A DNA stretch of 64,000 nucleotides from Poseidonia sp. (GCA_038124565.1 JAYPCE010000001.1:47981-111980); one strand, 5' to 3'; positions 45,794-56,246 are shown, numbered from the stretch's first letter. Numbers and translations are program-made. Notes: generated by a model not told the origin, from the letters alone.

Positions 45794-46251
45794 AGCCCGA
45801 TGAAGGTGGAAACGGTTTGGTCAAGGCATTCTTGGCGTTTACCATTCCTTCGTTGGTCTTAATCATGGCCGTTTGGATGGGCACATCGTTGCCTGTGGAT
45901 GGGGCCTTGGTTCGCTTCGCCAACTCCATGTTGACCTCGATGATGGTGGTGTCGTTCATGCTGCTGGTCACCCTTATCGCCTACGGCGATGCGAGGAAAC
46001 GACCGATTGCTCCTCTTGCAGGCATGCTGTTGGTCGTTGGCTCAACCATTTGGCTGACCATCTTCTTCCTTTCACAAGGCGACTTACTCATGGAAGACAA
46101 TGGTTCGGTGAGAGCACAAGCTTTGTCCAACATCATTCGTTTTGGAACCACCTCTGTTGCGATCGTTTTTGGCTCAATTTTTGTTGGTGGCGTTCTGCTT
46201 GCATCCCTATTGAACAGACCGATTCAAGGTGTGAAGTTTGAGGAAGAGTGA
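45790..46251 (+). CDS. membrane protein, unknown function (coupled to preceding gene)
   Basis: 153 aa with about 4 hydrophobic helices, an ATGA overlap with the upstream gene, and an acidic C-terminus (KFEEE). Confidence 0.55.
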   Translation: MKPDEGGNGLVKAFLAFTIPSLVLIMAVWMGTSLPVDGALVRFANSMLTSMMVVSFMLLVTLIAYGDARKRPIAPLAGMLLVVGSTIWLTIFFLSQGDLLMEDNGSVRAQALSNIIRFGTTSVAIVFGSIFVGGVLLASLLNRPIQGVKFEEE

Positions 46252-46324
46252 ACATTCACTTCGCAGGCCTTTGCCGTTGATTTCATAAGGGGGAGGTCGG
46301 TGGCCAAGTCGTTCAGGTGAGTGC

Positions 46325-46504
46325 ATGTCCAAAGGTACACCGTCCATGGGTCGTCGTCAAAAGACCACGCACATCCGATGTCGAAGGTGTGGCCGGAACG
46401 CTTACCACAAGCAAAAATCGGTTTGCGCATCTTGCGGATACGGGGAAACATCTCGTATGCGCAAGTTCAATTGGTCGAAGAAAACTCACCGCCCTAAGGC
46501 ATGA
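46325..46504 (+). CDS. rpl37e: 50S ribosomal protein L37e
   Basis: Hand translation gives 59 aa (below the track cutoff): [59 protein letters not shown]. It has the L37e pattern GTPS.GkR.k.tH..CRRCG...YH.qk..Ca.CGy. Confidence 0.92.
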   Translation: MSKGTPSMGRRQKTTHIRCRRCGRNAYHKQKSVCASCGYGETSRMRKFNWSKKTHRPKA

Positions 46505-46562
46505 AGTCATTCCAACGCAACGATAAGAAGCGTTCACACACAGGTGGCACCGAGGCGAACGC

Positions 46563-48104
46563 ATGTGCGGCATCCTTGGAATCGTGGGGCGACAAGGATT
46601 CCATGTCAACCAACTTCTGTATGATGGTTTGACCGTTCTGCAACATCGAGGTCAAGATGCTGCGGGCATTTTGACTGATGCAGGGGGCAATTTCCGCCTC
46701 AGGAAGTCCAATGGTTTGGTTGCTGATGTCTTCTTCAAGCGCCACATGCTCCGCCTTGAAGGCAATGTTGGTATTGGTCACGTTCGTTACCCAACAGCTG
46801 GCTCTTCCTCTCGAGCGGAGGCTCAGCCGTTTTATGTCAATTCACCCTATGGTATTGCTTTGGCCCACAACGGTAACCTGACGAACGCTGATGAACTTGC
46901 AATCTACCTTCGCGATGAATGCATGCGCCACATCAACACCTCCAGCGACTCGGAGTTGTTGCTCAATGTCTTGGCGGTTGAACTTGGACAGCGCTCCCGT
47001 GCGCTGCGCATAGAAGGCACTCCTCACATCAACATTGAGACCATTTTTGGAGCGGTCTCAGCGCTCAACGAGCGGGTACGTGGTGGCTATGCTTGCGTCT
47101 CCGTGATCGCCGGCTACGGCTTGCTTGCGTTCCGAGACCCTAATGGGATCCGACCGTTGATTTTCGGGAAACGCAGCACCGAAGAAGGAGATGAATATGT
47201 CGTTGCCAGTGAATCCGTCGCCATCACCGCTCTTGGCTTCCAAGTGATTCGAGATGTAGCGCCAGGGGAAGCGGTGTTCATCAGTACCTCCGGGCACCTC
47301 TTCCACCGGTCCTGTGCAGCGAATACGGGCTATACGCCGTGCATTTTCGAGCATGTGTATTTTGCACGGCCTGATTCTGTTATTGATGGTATGTCCGTTT
47401 ATCAATCTCGAATGAATCAAGGCCAACGTCTTGCAGAACGCCTGTTAGAACATTGGCCTGACCATGACATCGATGTCGTCATCCCGATTCCTGACTCCGG
47501 TCGTATTGCGGCCTTGCAGATGGCGAAGGCTTTGAAGGTCCCTTACAGGGAAGGCTTCGTGAAAAATCGATATGTTGGTCGGACGTTCATCATGCCCGGC
47601 CAAGCCTTACGAGAAAAGTCAGTCCGACGAAAATTGAATGCTATTGAGCATGAATTTAAGGGAAAAAATGTCCTCTTGGTTGATGATTCCATCGTTCGCG
47701 GCACCACGAGTGCCCAAATCATCGAAATGGCCCGGGATGTGGGGGCATCGAGTGTCTACTTTGCCTCTGCTGCCCCTCCTGTGCGTCACCCAAATGTGTA
47801 TGGAATTGACATGCCTGCTGTCAACGAATTCATCGCCAACGGCCGGAGCATCGAAGAGATCAACGAGACCATTGGAAGTGACCGACTGTTCTACCAAACG
47901 CTTGAAGACCTTGAGCAAGTTACCCTCCAGCCCACCTCGACTGTTTCCGCCTTTGACTCAAGTTGTTTTGACGGACACTATGTGACAGGTGACATTGACG
48001 AAGCCTACCTCAAGCGATTAAACGACCAACGCAACGACGGTGCGAAGAACCATTCACACAACGAAGATGCCGTGATTGACCTTCACAACGATGAAGAGAA
48101 CTGA
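46563..48104 (+). CDS. purF: amidophosphoribosyltransferase
   Basis: 513 aa with the N-terminal nucleophile MCGILGIVG, the Ntn glutaminase domain, and the PRPP-binding [13 protein letters not shown]. Confidence 0.95.
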   Translation: MCGILGIVGRQGFHVNQLLYDGLTVLQHRGQDAAGILTDAGGNFRLRKSNGLVADVFFKRHMLRLEGNVGIGHVRYPTAGSSSRAEAQPFYVNSPYGIALAHNGNLTNADELAIYLRDECMRHINTSSDSELLLNVLAVELGQRSRALRIEGTPHINIETIFGAVSALNERVRGGYACVSVIAGYGLLAFRDPNGIRPLIFGKRSTEEGDEYVVASESVAITALGFQVIRDVAPGEAVFISTSGHLFHRSCAANTGYTPCIFEHVYFARPDSVIDGMSVYQSRMNQGQRLAERLLEHWPDHDIDVVIPIPDSGRIAALQMAKALKVPYREGFVKNRYVGRTFIMPGQALREKSVRRKLNAIEHEFKGKNVLLVDDSIVRGTTSAQIIEMARDVGASSVYFASAAPPVRHPNVYGIDMPAVNEFIANGRSIEEINETIGSDRLFYQTLEDLEQVTLQPTSTVSAFDSSCFDGHYVTGDIDEAYLKRLNDQRNDGAKNHSHNEDAVIDLHNDEEN

Positions 48105-49815
48105 TGAAGGCTTCTGCGCATTCCAAGCGAGTGCTTTTGAACACCGCATCATCTCCGATTTCATGGTCTTGACACGTGACACTGCTGTCTTGGTCAGGCC
48201 TGAACAGAAAGTGCGCCACACAGCACTCGATGCCGAGGGGGCCTTCTTGGCGTGGGTGGAAGGTTCAAAGCAGGTGTTCATCGCTGATTTGATCGGCGGT
48301 CATCAGGTTGAGGTCAAGACCATGTTCGAGCACCCACACACGGTCTCGTTGCTTATGATACATCAAGGACAAGTTTTCGTGGGTGATGATCTGGATGGCT
48401 TACACATCTACCAAATCGATGGCTCAGTGGTCCGGCAGGTCCCACTTGATGGTGGCGTGCTGCAATGCTACCCCCTCGCTGACGGCTTGGTCGCCATTAC
48501 TGGCATGGGACATCTTGTGTTGATGAACCATGATGGACAGATACAACCGGATGGTGAGGTTCGTGAACTGGATGATTGTCTTCACCTGGCAGTCCATGAC
48601 TCAGTGACCTATGTGGCCACTCAATCAGGAGATGTCGTCGCCATTGAGGCAGGTCGAATCGTTTGGCGGCGCCCGAAACGAGGAGACTTTGGCGAACGAA
48701 TCACCGCTCTTGGTACAACCTCGGGCGGTGGGTTATTTTTGACACGAGAAGGCCATGCATTGGTAGGTGGGGAGGAAGAGGCGATTGAATTTGAGTTGTG
48801 GGCAAACAATTCACTCCTTCTTCGCCAAGACCAACGTATGCGTTTACTTACTTCCAGCCCATCTCCGCAAGGGGCAATCCTTGGGTACGACGATGGAAGC
48901 GTGTTCACCGTGGACGAAGAGGGCAACTTCACCCATCGCTTTTCAACCGGACATCCGGTGTTCCAATGCCTTGAATATGGTGAACACATCATCGCTGGCT
49001 CGTGGTTTTATCTGACGGGCATGACCGAAGACACCGTATGGAAAGTAGAACACCAGGGAATGCCCACCATGTTGGTTTTGAACAGGACGGCGGGCACATT
49101 GGTGTTTGCAGGAGATGACCAAAACGACTACACCGCACCCGAACCCATAGGCGTCATTGACCTGGCTGGAACACCACGAGAAGTTGATGAAGCCGAACTT
49201 GGTTTATGGTTTGAACGAAGCGAGGCTGCCGCCCCCTTGACCGCCGAGGCCCTGTATGCCGATAATGACGATGTATTGGAACACCTCACGGACGAGGAAC
49301 GAGCAACCTATGCGACCGATCCCGTATCATCAGGCGCACATCGCCACCTACTCGATGCCATGGGTGATGTGTACACATCGGATGCTGCAGGTACGTCGGT
49401 GGAAGAGAATGAACAGAGTCAAAGCCACGACGAGGGCGAACTCTTTGATGCCTTGGCTGGCTTTGAAGACTTGGCAATGGATATTGATGAAGCTGATTTG
49501 TTGACCATGCTGGAAGCCGATGTGACCGATGTCCACCGCCCACAGGCGATTGCAGGGGAAGACCAACAGGTCGTTGCTGACCAGGATGGGACAGCCATTG
49601 TCCATCTGGACGGCCGAGGCACCATGGACCCCCACGGGTTGATCGTGCGTTGGTCATGGCACAACGAGCGAGGTGAAGAACTGTCCAACAGCCAGCAACT
49701 CAAACTTCGCCTACCCACTGGAGTGCACCGTTTTGAGTTGCGGGTTGTCGACGCCGAAGGTTCGTGGACCACCGATAGCCTCACGGTTGAAGTAAACCCA
49801 TCCTCAACCTCATGA
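48091..49815 (+). CDS. beta-propeller-like protein with acidic linker and C-terminal PKD/Ig-like domain, unknown function
   Basis: Repetitive beta-strand blocks ([25 protein letters not shown], etc.), a D/E-rich linker, and C-terminal [37 protein letters not shown]...[27 protein letters not shown], which is PKD-like. No signal peptide. ATG at 48091 overlaps purF by 14 nt. Confidence 0.5.
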   Translation: MKRTDEGFCAFQASAFEHRIISDFMVLTRDTAVLVRPEQKVRHTALDAEGAFLAWVEGSKQVFIADLIGGHQVEVKTMFEHPHTVSLLMIHQGQVFVGDDLDGLHIYQIDGSVVRQVPLDGGVLQCYPLADGLVAITGMGHLVLMNHDGQIQPDGEVRELDDCLHLAVHDSVTYVATQSGDVVAIEAGRIVWRRPKRGDFGERITALGTTSGGGLFLTREGHALVGGEEEAIEFELWANNSLLLRQDQRMRLLTSSPSPQGAILGYDDGSVFTVDEEGNFTHRFSTGHPVFQCLEYGEHIIAGSWFYLTGMTEDTVWKVEHQGMPTMLVLNRTAGTLVFAGDDQNDYTAPEPIGVIDLAGTPREVDEAELGLWFERSEAAAPLTAEALYADNDDVLEHLTDEERATYATDPVSSGAHRHLLDAMGDVYTSDAAGTSVEENEQSQSHDEGELFDALAGFEDLAMDIDEADLLTMLEADVTDVHRPQAIAGEDQQVVADQDGTAIVHLDGRGTMDPHGLIVRWSWHNERGEELSNSQQLKLRLPTGVHRFELRVVDAEGSWTTDSLTVEVNPSSTS

Positions 49816-50603
49816 AGGTCGTGTGTTTGCATCGGTGCATGGGGCTTTCCACACCTTGGATTGAACATTTCTTTGTCGGTCCCCTTCAGATGCGTTGTTC
49901 CGTGGTCACCGATACGGCCACTGGCGACACCATCATCGTGGATGGGGGTGATGAGCCACAACGCATCATTGATTGGATTGACGGATTTGAAGGGCCTGGT
50001 CCAAATTGGACGACCGGCCCTCAAGACAAAAACGAAGCCGGTGATTGTCCCAAACGAACCGTGGTGGCATTGGTCAACACCCATGCACATTTTGACCACA
50101 GTGGATTCATTCCAGCTTTGAAAAACCACTATCAAGTTGAGTGGTATCTTCATCCAGATGACACGTTTTTGCAAACGCTGGCCCAAGCGTCTGGACGCAG
50201 GTATGGTTTGGAATTGCCCGAACCTGCTATCGCAGACAAGGCCTTTGAAGGTGGAAAAACCTACAACTTTGGCAGCATTGAATTGCAGGTCTTGCACACA
50301 CCAGGGCATACACTAGGAGGCTGCTGTTTGTTGCTTCCAGTTGACGACGGACCAGACCATGTGTTCGTCGGTGATACCTTGTTTGCGGGTTCGGTCGGCC
50401 GCACCGATATCGCCAATTCAGGTGGAGATTTTACGCTCTTGGCCCATTCCATTCACACCCAACTTTGGCCCCTTGATGAACAGACGGTGGTTCATCCCGG
50501 CCATGGGCCCTTGACCACCATCGGCCACGAACGCAGAACGAACCCATTCGTAGGCGATGCAGCGGGCCCGGGTGGCAGCTACGGCTTTGGGAAATATGCG
50601 TGA
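49812..50603 (+). CDS. MBL-fold metallo-hydrolase (glyoxalase II-like)
   Basis: HxHxDH motif NTHAHFDHSG, then HTPGHTLGG and GDTLFAGSVGRTD. ATGA overlap with the upstream gene; ATG at 49839 is an alternative start. Confidence 0.85.
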   Translation: MKVVCLHRCMGLSTPWIEHFFVGPLQMRCSVVTDTATGDTIIVDGGDEPQRIIDWIDGFEGPGPNWTTGPQDKNEAGDCPKRTVVALVNTHAHFDHSGFIPALKNHYQVEWYLHPDDTFLQTLAQASGRRYGLELPEPAIADKAFEGGKTYNFGSIELQVLHTPGHTLGGCCLLLPVDDGPDHVFVGDTLFAGSVGRTDIANSGGDFTLLAHSIHTQLWPLDEQTVVHPGHGPLTTIGHERRTNPFVGDAAGPGGSYGFGKYA

Positions 50604-51530
50604 TTATCCCATCATCGACTTGAGAGTCTCATGAAGGACGGGCAGGGCTTCTTCCCAAGTGGCGACAATACCGTAGTCTGCATGTTGGAAGATTGGTGCG
50701 TCTGCGTCCTTGTTGATGGCGACGATGTACTTTGATGAACGCATGCCGGCCAGGTGTTGAATGGCACCAGAAATGCCCACGGCAATGTACAGATTTGGAT
50801 TCACGGTTTTCCCTGTTTGGCCGACTTGCATAGAATGCGGGATGGCCTCCCATGTATCTACAGCGGCACGTGAAGCACCAACGGCTGCGCCAATGGTGTC
50901 AGCAATGGCCTCAAGGTGAACGAAGTTATCGGGAGAGCCCATTCCACGACCTCCTGAAATTACGATGTTGGCTTCAGCGACATCAAGTCGCTCAGAAGCG
51001 CGAGCCATGAATTCAACAACGGAAGTGGCGATGTCGCCGGACGTATCGATGTAAGATGGCTCGGTTGCTCCGCCAGTTGCGGGCGTGAAAATATTGGAAC
51101 GGACCGAAATCACGGCTGGTCCATTCAGGGCCACCGTCTGCATGGCTTTACCGGAAAAGACAGGGGAGGTCACGTGGTTCCCATGGATGGCGACGGCGTC
51201 TTGAACCACGGCGAGGTTCCGGCGTGCGGCTAAGCGTGCTGCCAGATCTTTTGATTGCGGGCTTGCACCGGTGATGATGGTGCCTTGAGGGGCAATGGCG
51301 TCCAAAGCCTCAGCCCATGAACTCGCATCATAATTCGAGAAGGCTGCAGCCACGGCACCGATGATGTTACCTGCGCCCATGCCCGCTGCTTTCTCGGCTT
51401 GCGTCGCATTGGAACAGGGTACCACGACCGTGGGGGCATCCCCAAACGTCATGGCCGCCGAGATGAGTTCGGCGGTACTTGGGTGAACGGCGTTGTTGCT
51501 CATTTCTGCGATAACAATGGTTTGTGTCAT
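50604..51530 (-). CDS. etfA: electron transfer flavoprotein alpha subunit
   Basis: 308 aa with the FAD-binding C-terminal domain: [38 protein letters not shown]. Confidence 0.92.
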   Translation of the reverse strand: MTQTIVIAEMSNNAVHPSTAELISAAMTFGDAPTVVVPCSNATQAEKAAGMGAGNIIGAVAAAFSNYDASSWAEALDAIAPQGTIITGASPQSKDLAARLAARRNLAVVQDAVAIHGNHVTSPVFSGKAMQTVALNGPAVISVRSNIFTPATGGATEPSYIDTSGDIATSVVEFMARASERLDVAEANIVISGGRGMGSPDNFVHLEAIADTIGAAVGASRAAVDTWEAIPHSMQVGQTGKTVNPNLYIAVGISGAIQHLAGMRSSKYIVAINKDADAPIFQHADYGIVATWEEALPVLHETLKSMMG

Positions 51531-51539
51531 GGGAGCACC

Positions 51540-52277
51540 TCAGAGAACGTTGGCTTCATCACGAAGCAAGTGAGCGACCTCGGCCGCAGCGTCGCCACCT
51601 TGGTAGGTTTTTCCAGCAGGCTTGGCTGGTGGTAGCGATTGATTGACAATGGAGATGGTGGATGGTGGAGCCTCTATAGAAAGAACCTCAACGCTCGCTT
51701 TCTTTGCTTGCATGATGCCTTTCACATTCGGTTTGCGCACCTTGAAATCACCTTTGTCGCAGGACACAACAGCCGGAAGTGGAACGGTCACCTTGGCGTT
51801 GCCGCCACCACTGGGAGTGACGACGGAGAGGCCACCTGAAAAATCCGCCCCCACGATGTTTGAACTGGAGGCCCAGCCGAGGCGTTCTGCGAGTCCAGGT
51901 CCTGTTGAACCTGCACCCGTATCGGCTGCAGATTTACCGCAGTACACGACCTCGGCATTCAGGTGTTTGACGGCCTGTGCGAGCACGCTTTGCAGGGCGT
52001 GGGAGTCCATTTCCCCGTCGTGATCCACACGAACGATGTGGTCGACACCAATGGCTTTTGCATCTTTCAGAATCTTTTCTGCAGCAGGTCCACCAACGGT
52101 GAGTGCCGTCACTTCTCCGCCAGCAGCTTCTTGGTGCTGAAGCGCCGTCTCAACGGCGAATTCATCATACGGACTCATGACCATTTTTACTGTTGAGAGG
52201 TCAACTCGGTCACCATTGACGACAATTTTTGCATTGGTGTCTGGGACTTGTTTTACGAGGACGATGATGTTTGGCAT
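51540..52277 (-). CDS. etfB: electron transfer flavoprotein beta subunit
   Basis: From ATG 52277: MPNIIVLVKQVPDTNAKIVVNGD...MSPYDEFAVETAL, the typical EtfB N-terminus. The track N-terminal extension to 52430 has no support and would overlap the start of the divergent gene at 52424. Confidence 0.9.
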   Translation of the reverse strand: MPNIIVLVKQVPDTNAKIVVNGDRVDLSTVKMVMSPYDEFAVETALQHQEAAGGEVTALTVGGPAAEKILKDAKAIGVDHIVRVDHDGEMDSHALQSVLAQAVKHLNAEVVYCGKSAADTGAGSTGPGLAERLGWASSSNIVGADFSGGLSVVTPSGGGNAKVTVPLPAVVSCDKGDFKVRKPNVKGIMQAKKASVEVLSIEAPPSTISIVNQSLPPAKPAGKTYQGGDAAAEVAHLLRDEANVL

Positions 52278-52423
52278 AACACGACACTCCAGTTCTTGCT
52301 CTGCACGACCGTCAAGCAATTCATGAACCTTGTCACTTGGCCCTATGAACACACTCTTTCGCAAAGGAAGGCCGTGTCCCCAACGGGTAGGCTTATACAC
52401 CGTCTCATCTGGGGGGAAATTCC

Positions 52424-53275
52424 ATGTCACGGCCGGATGAAGTTGACCTTGAACCTGAAGCGCAGGACCTCTTACGTGAATGGAGGGAACTGTTCGTTGA
52501 ACACTACTTGGAGGACATTAAACGTCTCAAGGGAAATCCAGCCTTGGTTCATGGATTTGAGGTGGACCATGCCTTGATGGACCGTTGGGAAACGCTTCGA
52601 AGAGAATTCCACTTGAACCCGACTCGTGTGCTGAAATACGGCACCCGCGTGTTGGTTGAACAGTTTGAGGACCAAATGGTACGCATGCGCCCCGTTATTC
52701 GTGTGGTGGGGTTGTCGGAAAATTACCTCCGTCGTGTCGAAGACCTGCGCATGCGAGACCGTAATCAACTCGTGTGCTTGGATGTGAAAATCCAGGAGGT
52801 CTCCAACCCATATGGTTGGCTTTGGTGGACGGTGTACGAGTGCAAGGATTGCTCAGCGCAGGTCAATCTTGAACAGCGTCGTGGACGGGAGCGGGAGAGC
52901 CCTCTGCATTGCGAGCCATGTTTTGACCGCATGCTTGAGCGTCTTGGTGATGACGATGCATCGTTTCCAATGTTTCCCATGCGAGGTCGTTTCCGTATGG
53001 TCACGGAGGATTGCAAGTACGAGGATGTGCAAGACATCAGCATGACACAAGTCGTCTACAACGATGCGAACGAAGTCGTCAATGCCTCATCCAAACACCC
53101 GATTATTGGCACGGTGACCGACGATTTGGTGGGTGATATGGAGGCCGGCGCCTATGCCAGAATCAACGGTATTGTTCGGGTTCAGCCCGTCCCCGATCGC
53201 AACTTTTCCAAAGACACCCGACGTGTATTGTCCATCGATGTCTTGAGCGTGGAAGTGTTGGCGCTCAACGGATGA
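52424..53275 (+). CDS. stand-alone MCM N-terminal-domain-like protein (helical + OB-fold + zinc finger; no AAA+ module)
   Basis: 283 aa and colinear with the MCM N-terminal domain. RRVEDLRMRDRNQLVCLDVKIQEVSNP resembles lR.lrs.hIgkLV...GiV...s.v. A Cys4 zinc motif is present (YECKDC...HCEPC). YEDVQDISMTQ resembles DyQ.i.iQE. IIGTVTDDLVGDMEAGAYARINGIV resembles l...l.dDLVd...pGd.V.vtGi. The ORF stops before any Walker A. Confidence 0.6.
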   Translation: MSRPDEVDLEPEAQDLLREWRELFVEHYLEDIKRLKGNPALVHGFEVDHALMDRWETLRREFHLNPTRVLKYGTRVLVEQFEDQMVRMRPVIRVVGLSENYLRRVEDLRMRDRNQLVCLDVKIQEVSNPYGWLWWTVYECKDCSAQVNLEQRRGRERESPLHCEPCFDRMLERLGDDDASFPMFPMRGRFRMVTEDCKYEDVQDISMTQVVYNDANEVVNASSKHPIIGTVTDDLVGDMEAGAYARINGIVRVQPVPDRNFSKDTRRVLSIDVLSVEVLALNG

Positions 53276-53277
53276 CG

Positions 53278-54423
53278 CTAATCTTTGGTCAGCGCGGAAA
53301 CCTGCTCAAGCCACTCGGGGTTTGATTCAAAGTGAGCGTGAACTGCCTCAAGGCCTTTGGCAAGTCCATCAGCGACGCCTAATTTTGCATCAAGGGGATG
53401 CAATGTCCCGTCCATGACTGCTTGGCGAAAGGCATCGAGTGTGGTCCATGTGGAAGGCTCTCCAAACCGAGGGTCAGGTGTCACCACAATTTCACCAAAT
53501 TCTGCAAGAACAACGTGCTCCGCAAGTTCGTAAACCGGAGATTCGGGGTCGTCAGGGGAGATGTATGCTTTTTTCATCTTCTTACGAAGTTCATCATGCG
53601 TATCGTGCAGTAACAACGCCCCTTTCGGGTCAGATTTTGACATCTTATGGTCAAAGGATTCCATCCGGGCTCCTGATGCTTTGAGCGACGAGATGATGGG
53701 GGTGTGGAGGCAGGTCGCTTTGAGCCAGCCGTATTTGGAAGCAACATCGCGCATGAACATGTGGGCTTTGCGCTGGTCCATGCCCCCAATGGCTACATCG
53801 ATATGCATCTCAAAAATGTCAGAAGCTTGCATGGCGGGGTAGTAAAATTTGGACAGATCATGGTCGGAAGAGGCCTCGTCTCGGCCCATGATGGTGAAGG
53901 TTTTGCGCACCATGGCGAGTGTTGCCCCTTTTGAGCAGCGCAAGACACGGGCCCAATAATCGCTTGATTCCATGACCTCTGAGGCCCACACAAAGCGAAG
54001 TTCTCCTGGGCCATCACCCTCTGAAGGATGCCCAAGCAAAGCACGAAACGCTTCCTGCATGTAGTGGGCCGTGGTCCGAATGGCTTCCATGTCTCCGTTG
54101 AACTTGTCGTTCACCCAGGCGTGCCAGTCTGCGAGAAAAATCATAACGTTGGCGTTCGCGTCCAGCATCCGTTTGCATTGCAGAGCCAAGACCTTCCATC
54201 CAATGTGTGCCTTTCCGCTTGGTTCAAACCCAACATAGCAACGGATGACATCATCACCTGCGTGGCTGGGAGAGCCGTTCAATACGCCGATGAGGTGTTC
54301 CACGCCAACAACTTCTTCGACATGGCCGACCATGGTGTGTAACCGTTCTCGCGCCTCCTCCGGCAAGGTGGCGTAACTCTCGTGGGACGCAAGCATCGTT
54401 TCGAGGTCTTGCGTGTCGGCCAT
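53278..54423 (-). CDS. tyrS: tyrosyl-tRNA synthetase (archaeal type)
   Basis: 381 aa, class I aaRS. CYVGFEPSGKAHIGW, IFLADWHAWVN, YYPAMQASDIF...IDVAIGGMDQRKAHMF, KMSKS and LHPLDAKLGVA are colinear with archaeal TyrRS (Y and D specificity positions retained). TrpRS is not fully excluded. Confidence 0.75.
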   Translation of the reverse strand: MADTQDLETMLASHESYATLPEEARERLHTMVGHVEEVVGVEHLIGVLNGSPSHAGDDVIRCYVGFEPSGKAHIGWKVLALQCKRMLDANANVMIFLADWHAWVNDKFNGDMEAIRTTAHYMQEAFRALLGHPSEGDGPGELRFVWASEVMESSDYWARVLRCSKGATLAMVRKTFTIMGRDEASSDHDLSKFYYPAMQASDIFEMHIDVAIGGMDQRKAHMFMRDVASKYGWLKATCLHTPIISSLKASGARMESFDHKMSKSDPKGALLLHDTHDELRKKMKKAYISPDDPESPVYELAEHVVLAEFGEIVVTPDPRFGEPSTWTTLDAFRQAVMDGTLHPLDAKLGVADGLAKGLEAVHAHFESNPEWLEQVSALTKD

Positions 54424-54433
54424 GGAGGGTCCC

Positions 54434-54958
54434 TCAAAATAAATCGTTCAATTTTTTGACTTGTGTTTCTGATGGAAGGTCGCCTTCCTCAAGCACGGCT
54501 TCAATGGAGGCGATCATTTCATGAGCCTTGTCAATGGTGCTTTGGTCAAGATTTTTCATCATGTCCATGGCTTTGTGGGCCATTGAAATCGCGGATTTCG
54601 CCTTCGAGATTTTCTTTGCATCTTCTTTGGCTTTATCGCCTCGTTGTTTGGCGTTGTAACCGGTCGCCTCATCGAGGAATGCCGACCAACGTTTCCTTGA
54701 TTCCATCGCTTGGTTCGGGCCGTGATCGCTGTCCAAGAAATCGGCGAGTTCGGCTCCTTTGAGTTGTTCCACATCAACGGCAAGCTTTCCAGTTTGGTCG
54801 TAGGAACCCTCCACTCGGACCAAGAGCCCGTACGAACCGGTGAAATTCCCGTCAGCATCAACATTGATGTTTTCGAAATACTTGGTGGCAAGTTTCGCTA
54901 ATCCAGCGTTTCCACCCATGCTTTTGATGACCCCACGTTTGACGGCAAATCGCTCCAT
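54434..54958 (-). CDS. hypothetical soluble protein (alpha/beta N-domain plus K/A-rich helical tail)
   Basis: 174 aa from ATG 54958 (MERFAVKRGVIKSMGG...). The track N-terminal extension to 55123 overlaps the divergent signal-peptide gene. No recognised motif. Confidence 0.45.
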   Translation of the reverse strand: MERFAVKRGVIKSMGGNAGLAKLATKYFENINVDADGNFTGSYGLLVRVEGSYDQTGKLAVDVEQLKGAELADFLDSDHGPNQAMESRKRWSAFLDEATGYNAKQRGDKAKEDAKKISKAKSAISMAHKAMDMMKNLDQSTIDKAHEMIASIEAVLEEGDLPSETQVKKLNDLF

Positions 54959-55061
54959 GTTGGTTGCAACGGTCGCGGTCTCATAAGACCTACCGTTGCA
55001 TCTCCTCGCGAAGAGCCCTTCGGAGGGGAGGTGTTTTGATACTCGGCAAGGTGGCCGCACC

Positions 55062-56246
55062 ATGCGAACCCGTAGTATCACGGCCATTGTCTTGGTCTTG
55101 CTGATGCTCGCACCGTCGGCCATGGCCGAGGAACTGGTCTCTCGCGTGACACTCCAGAATGTGGGTGCCTTAGGAGAGGTGGACCTTGGGATTACGACGG
55201 GTGCCGTCTCTCCAGACGGTCAAGATGTGCTGGTGGCCGGCCACAACGGCTTTGCACGCTTGCTTTCTGCTGAAGAGGCCGAGAACCGTGAGATGGACGT
55301 GGAACTGGTCACTGGGCGCAACAGCACAATACACGACATTGCATGGCACCCTCGCGGCAATACTGCATTGTTGGTGGGCGAAGATGGATTTGCCATGAGG
55401 TACCACACCGACGACCACAGCGTCACCTATGTGAACGGGACGTTTTCGGTGTTGGGATACGACCTTACGACGGTGACATGGCGCCCATCGGGTGACTTTG
55501 CCTATGTGGGGGCCACCGACGGTTCGGTTTGGAAATATGCAGAACACACGGGCTTTGAACGACTTGAAAACCTCGGTGTGAGCACCGTCAACGACATCAC
55601 CTGTCATCGCAATTACAATGTTTGCTTTATTGCGTCTTTGGACGAAGGGATTGCGGTGATCGACGGCGACCATGCCGTTTCATGGATGGGTCAAACTTCA
55701 GGAGAAACATGGGTTGGTATTGATTGCTCAAATCCCGGCCTCAATGAATGCGTTGGTTTTGCGAGCGGATTGTTTAGCAAGGTGATACGAATCAACACCA
55801 TCAATCCTCGGCAATCCACCGTAGAGGGCTTGCACAGGATTGATCTGCCCTCCGGCGAGCATACTGCCGTCTCTCGGGGGCACGACGGAACAGCGCTGGT
55901 TCATCTCGCTCCGCTCGGTATCGTTCGCCATGATGCCCTTGCCAACATGGCGTTCACCGTCCTGCTTCCGGAAGACGCTGCAGCATGGGACGCAGCCATC
56001 GGTGGCCGCAGTCTCGAGGTGGTCTGGGAAACAGGCTATCACCGTGGCTACTTCATCACGGGCTTCGGCAACATCGTCGCCTTTACGCCAGCAACCGAAG
56101 AGGTCGACATGGGCATCATGGATGTGCTCGTGCTGGGTGCGGTGGCGATTTCGGTACCTGGCGTCATCCTCGGCCTCATCTACATGAACAGCCCTTGGTT
56201 GCAACGTAAATACAACGAACTTCGCTTTGGCAAGAAAAAGAAATGA
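55062..56246 (+). CDS. secreted beta-propeller-like protein with C-terminal membrane anchor
   Basis: From ATG 55062: the signal peptide MRTRSITAIVLVLLMLAPSAMA, repeated WD/BNR-like blades (IHDIAWHPRGNTALLVGEDG, VTWRPSGDFAYVGATDGSVW), a C-terminal TM IMDVLVLGAVAISVPGVILGLIYM and a basic tail. Confidence 0.6.
   Translation: MRTRSITAIVLVLLMLAPSAMAEELVSRVTLQNVGALGEVDLGITTGAVSPDGQDVLVAGHNGFARLLSAEEAENREMDVELVTGRNSTIHDIAWHPRGNTALLVGEDGFAMRYHTDDHSVTYVNGTFSVLGYDLTTVTWRPSGDFAYVGATDGSVWKYAEHTGFERLENLGVSTVNDITCHRNYNVCFIASLDEGIAVIDGDHAVSWMGQTSGETWVGIDCSNPGLNECVGFASGLFSKVIRINTINPRQSTVEGLHRIDLPSGEHTAVSRGHDGTALVHLAPLGIVRHDALANMAFTVLLPEDAAAWDAAIGGRSLEVVWETGYHRGYFITGFGNIVAFTPATEEVDMGIMDVLVLGAVAISVPGVILGLIYMNSPWLQRKYNELRFGKKKK

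Noticed and set aside
49419-50309. 296-aa minus-strand ORF.
   Set aside because: It is antisense to the propeller/PKD gene and the MBL hydrolase (the HxHxDH motif is on the plus strand). It is a shadow ORF.
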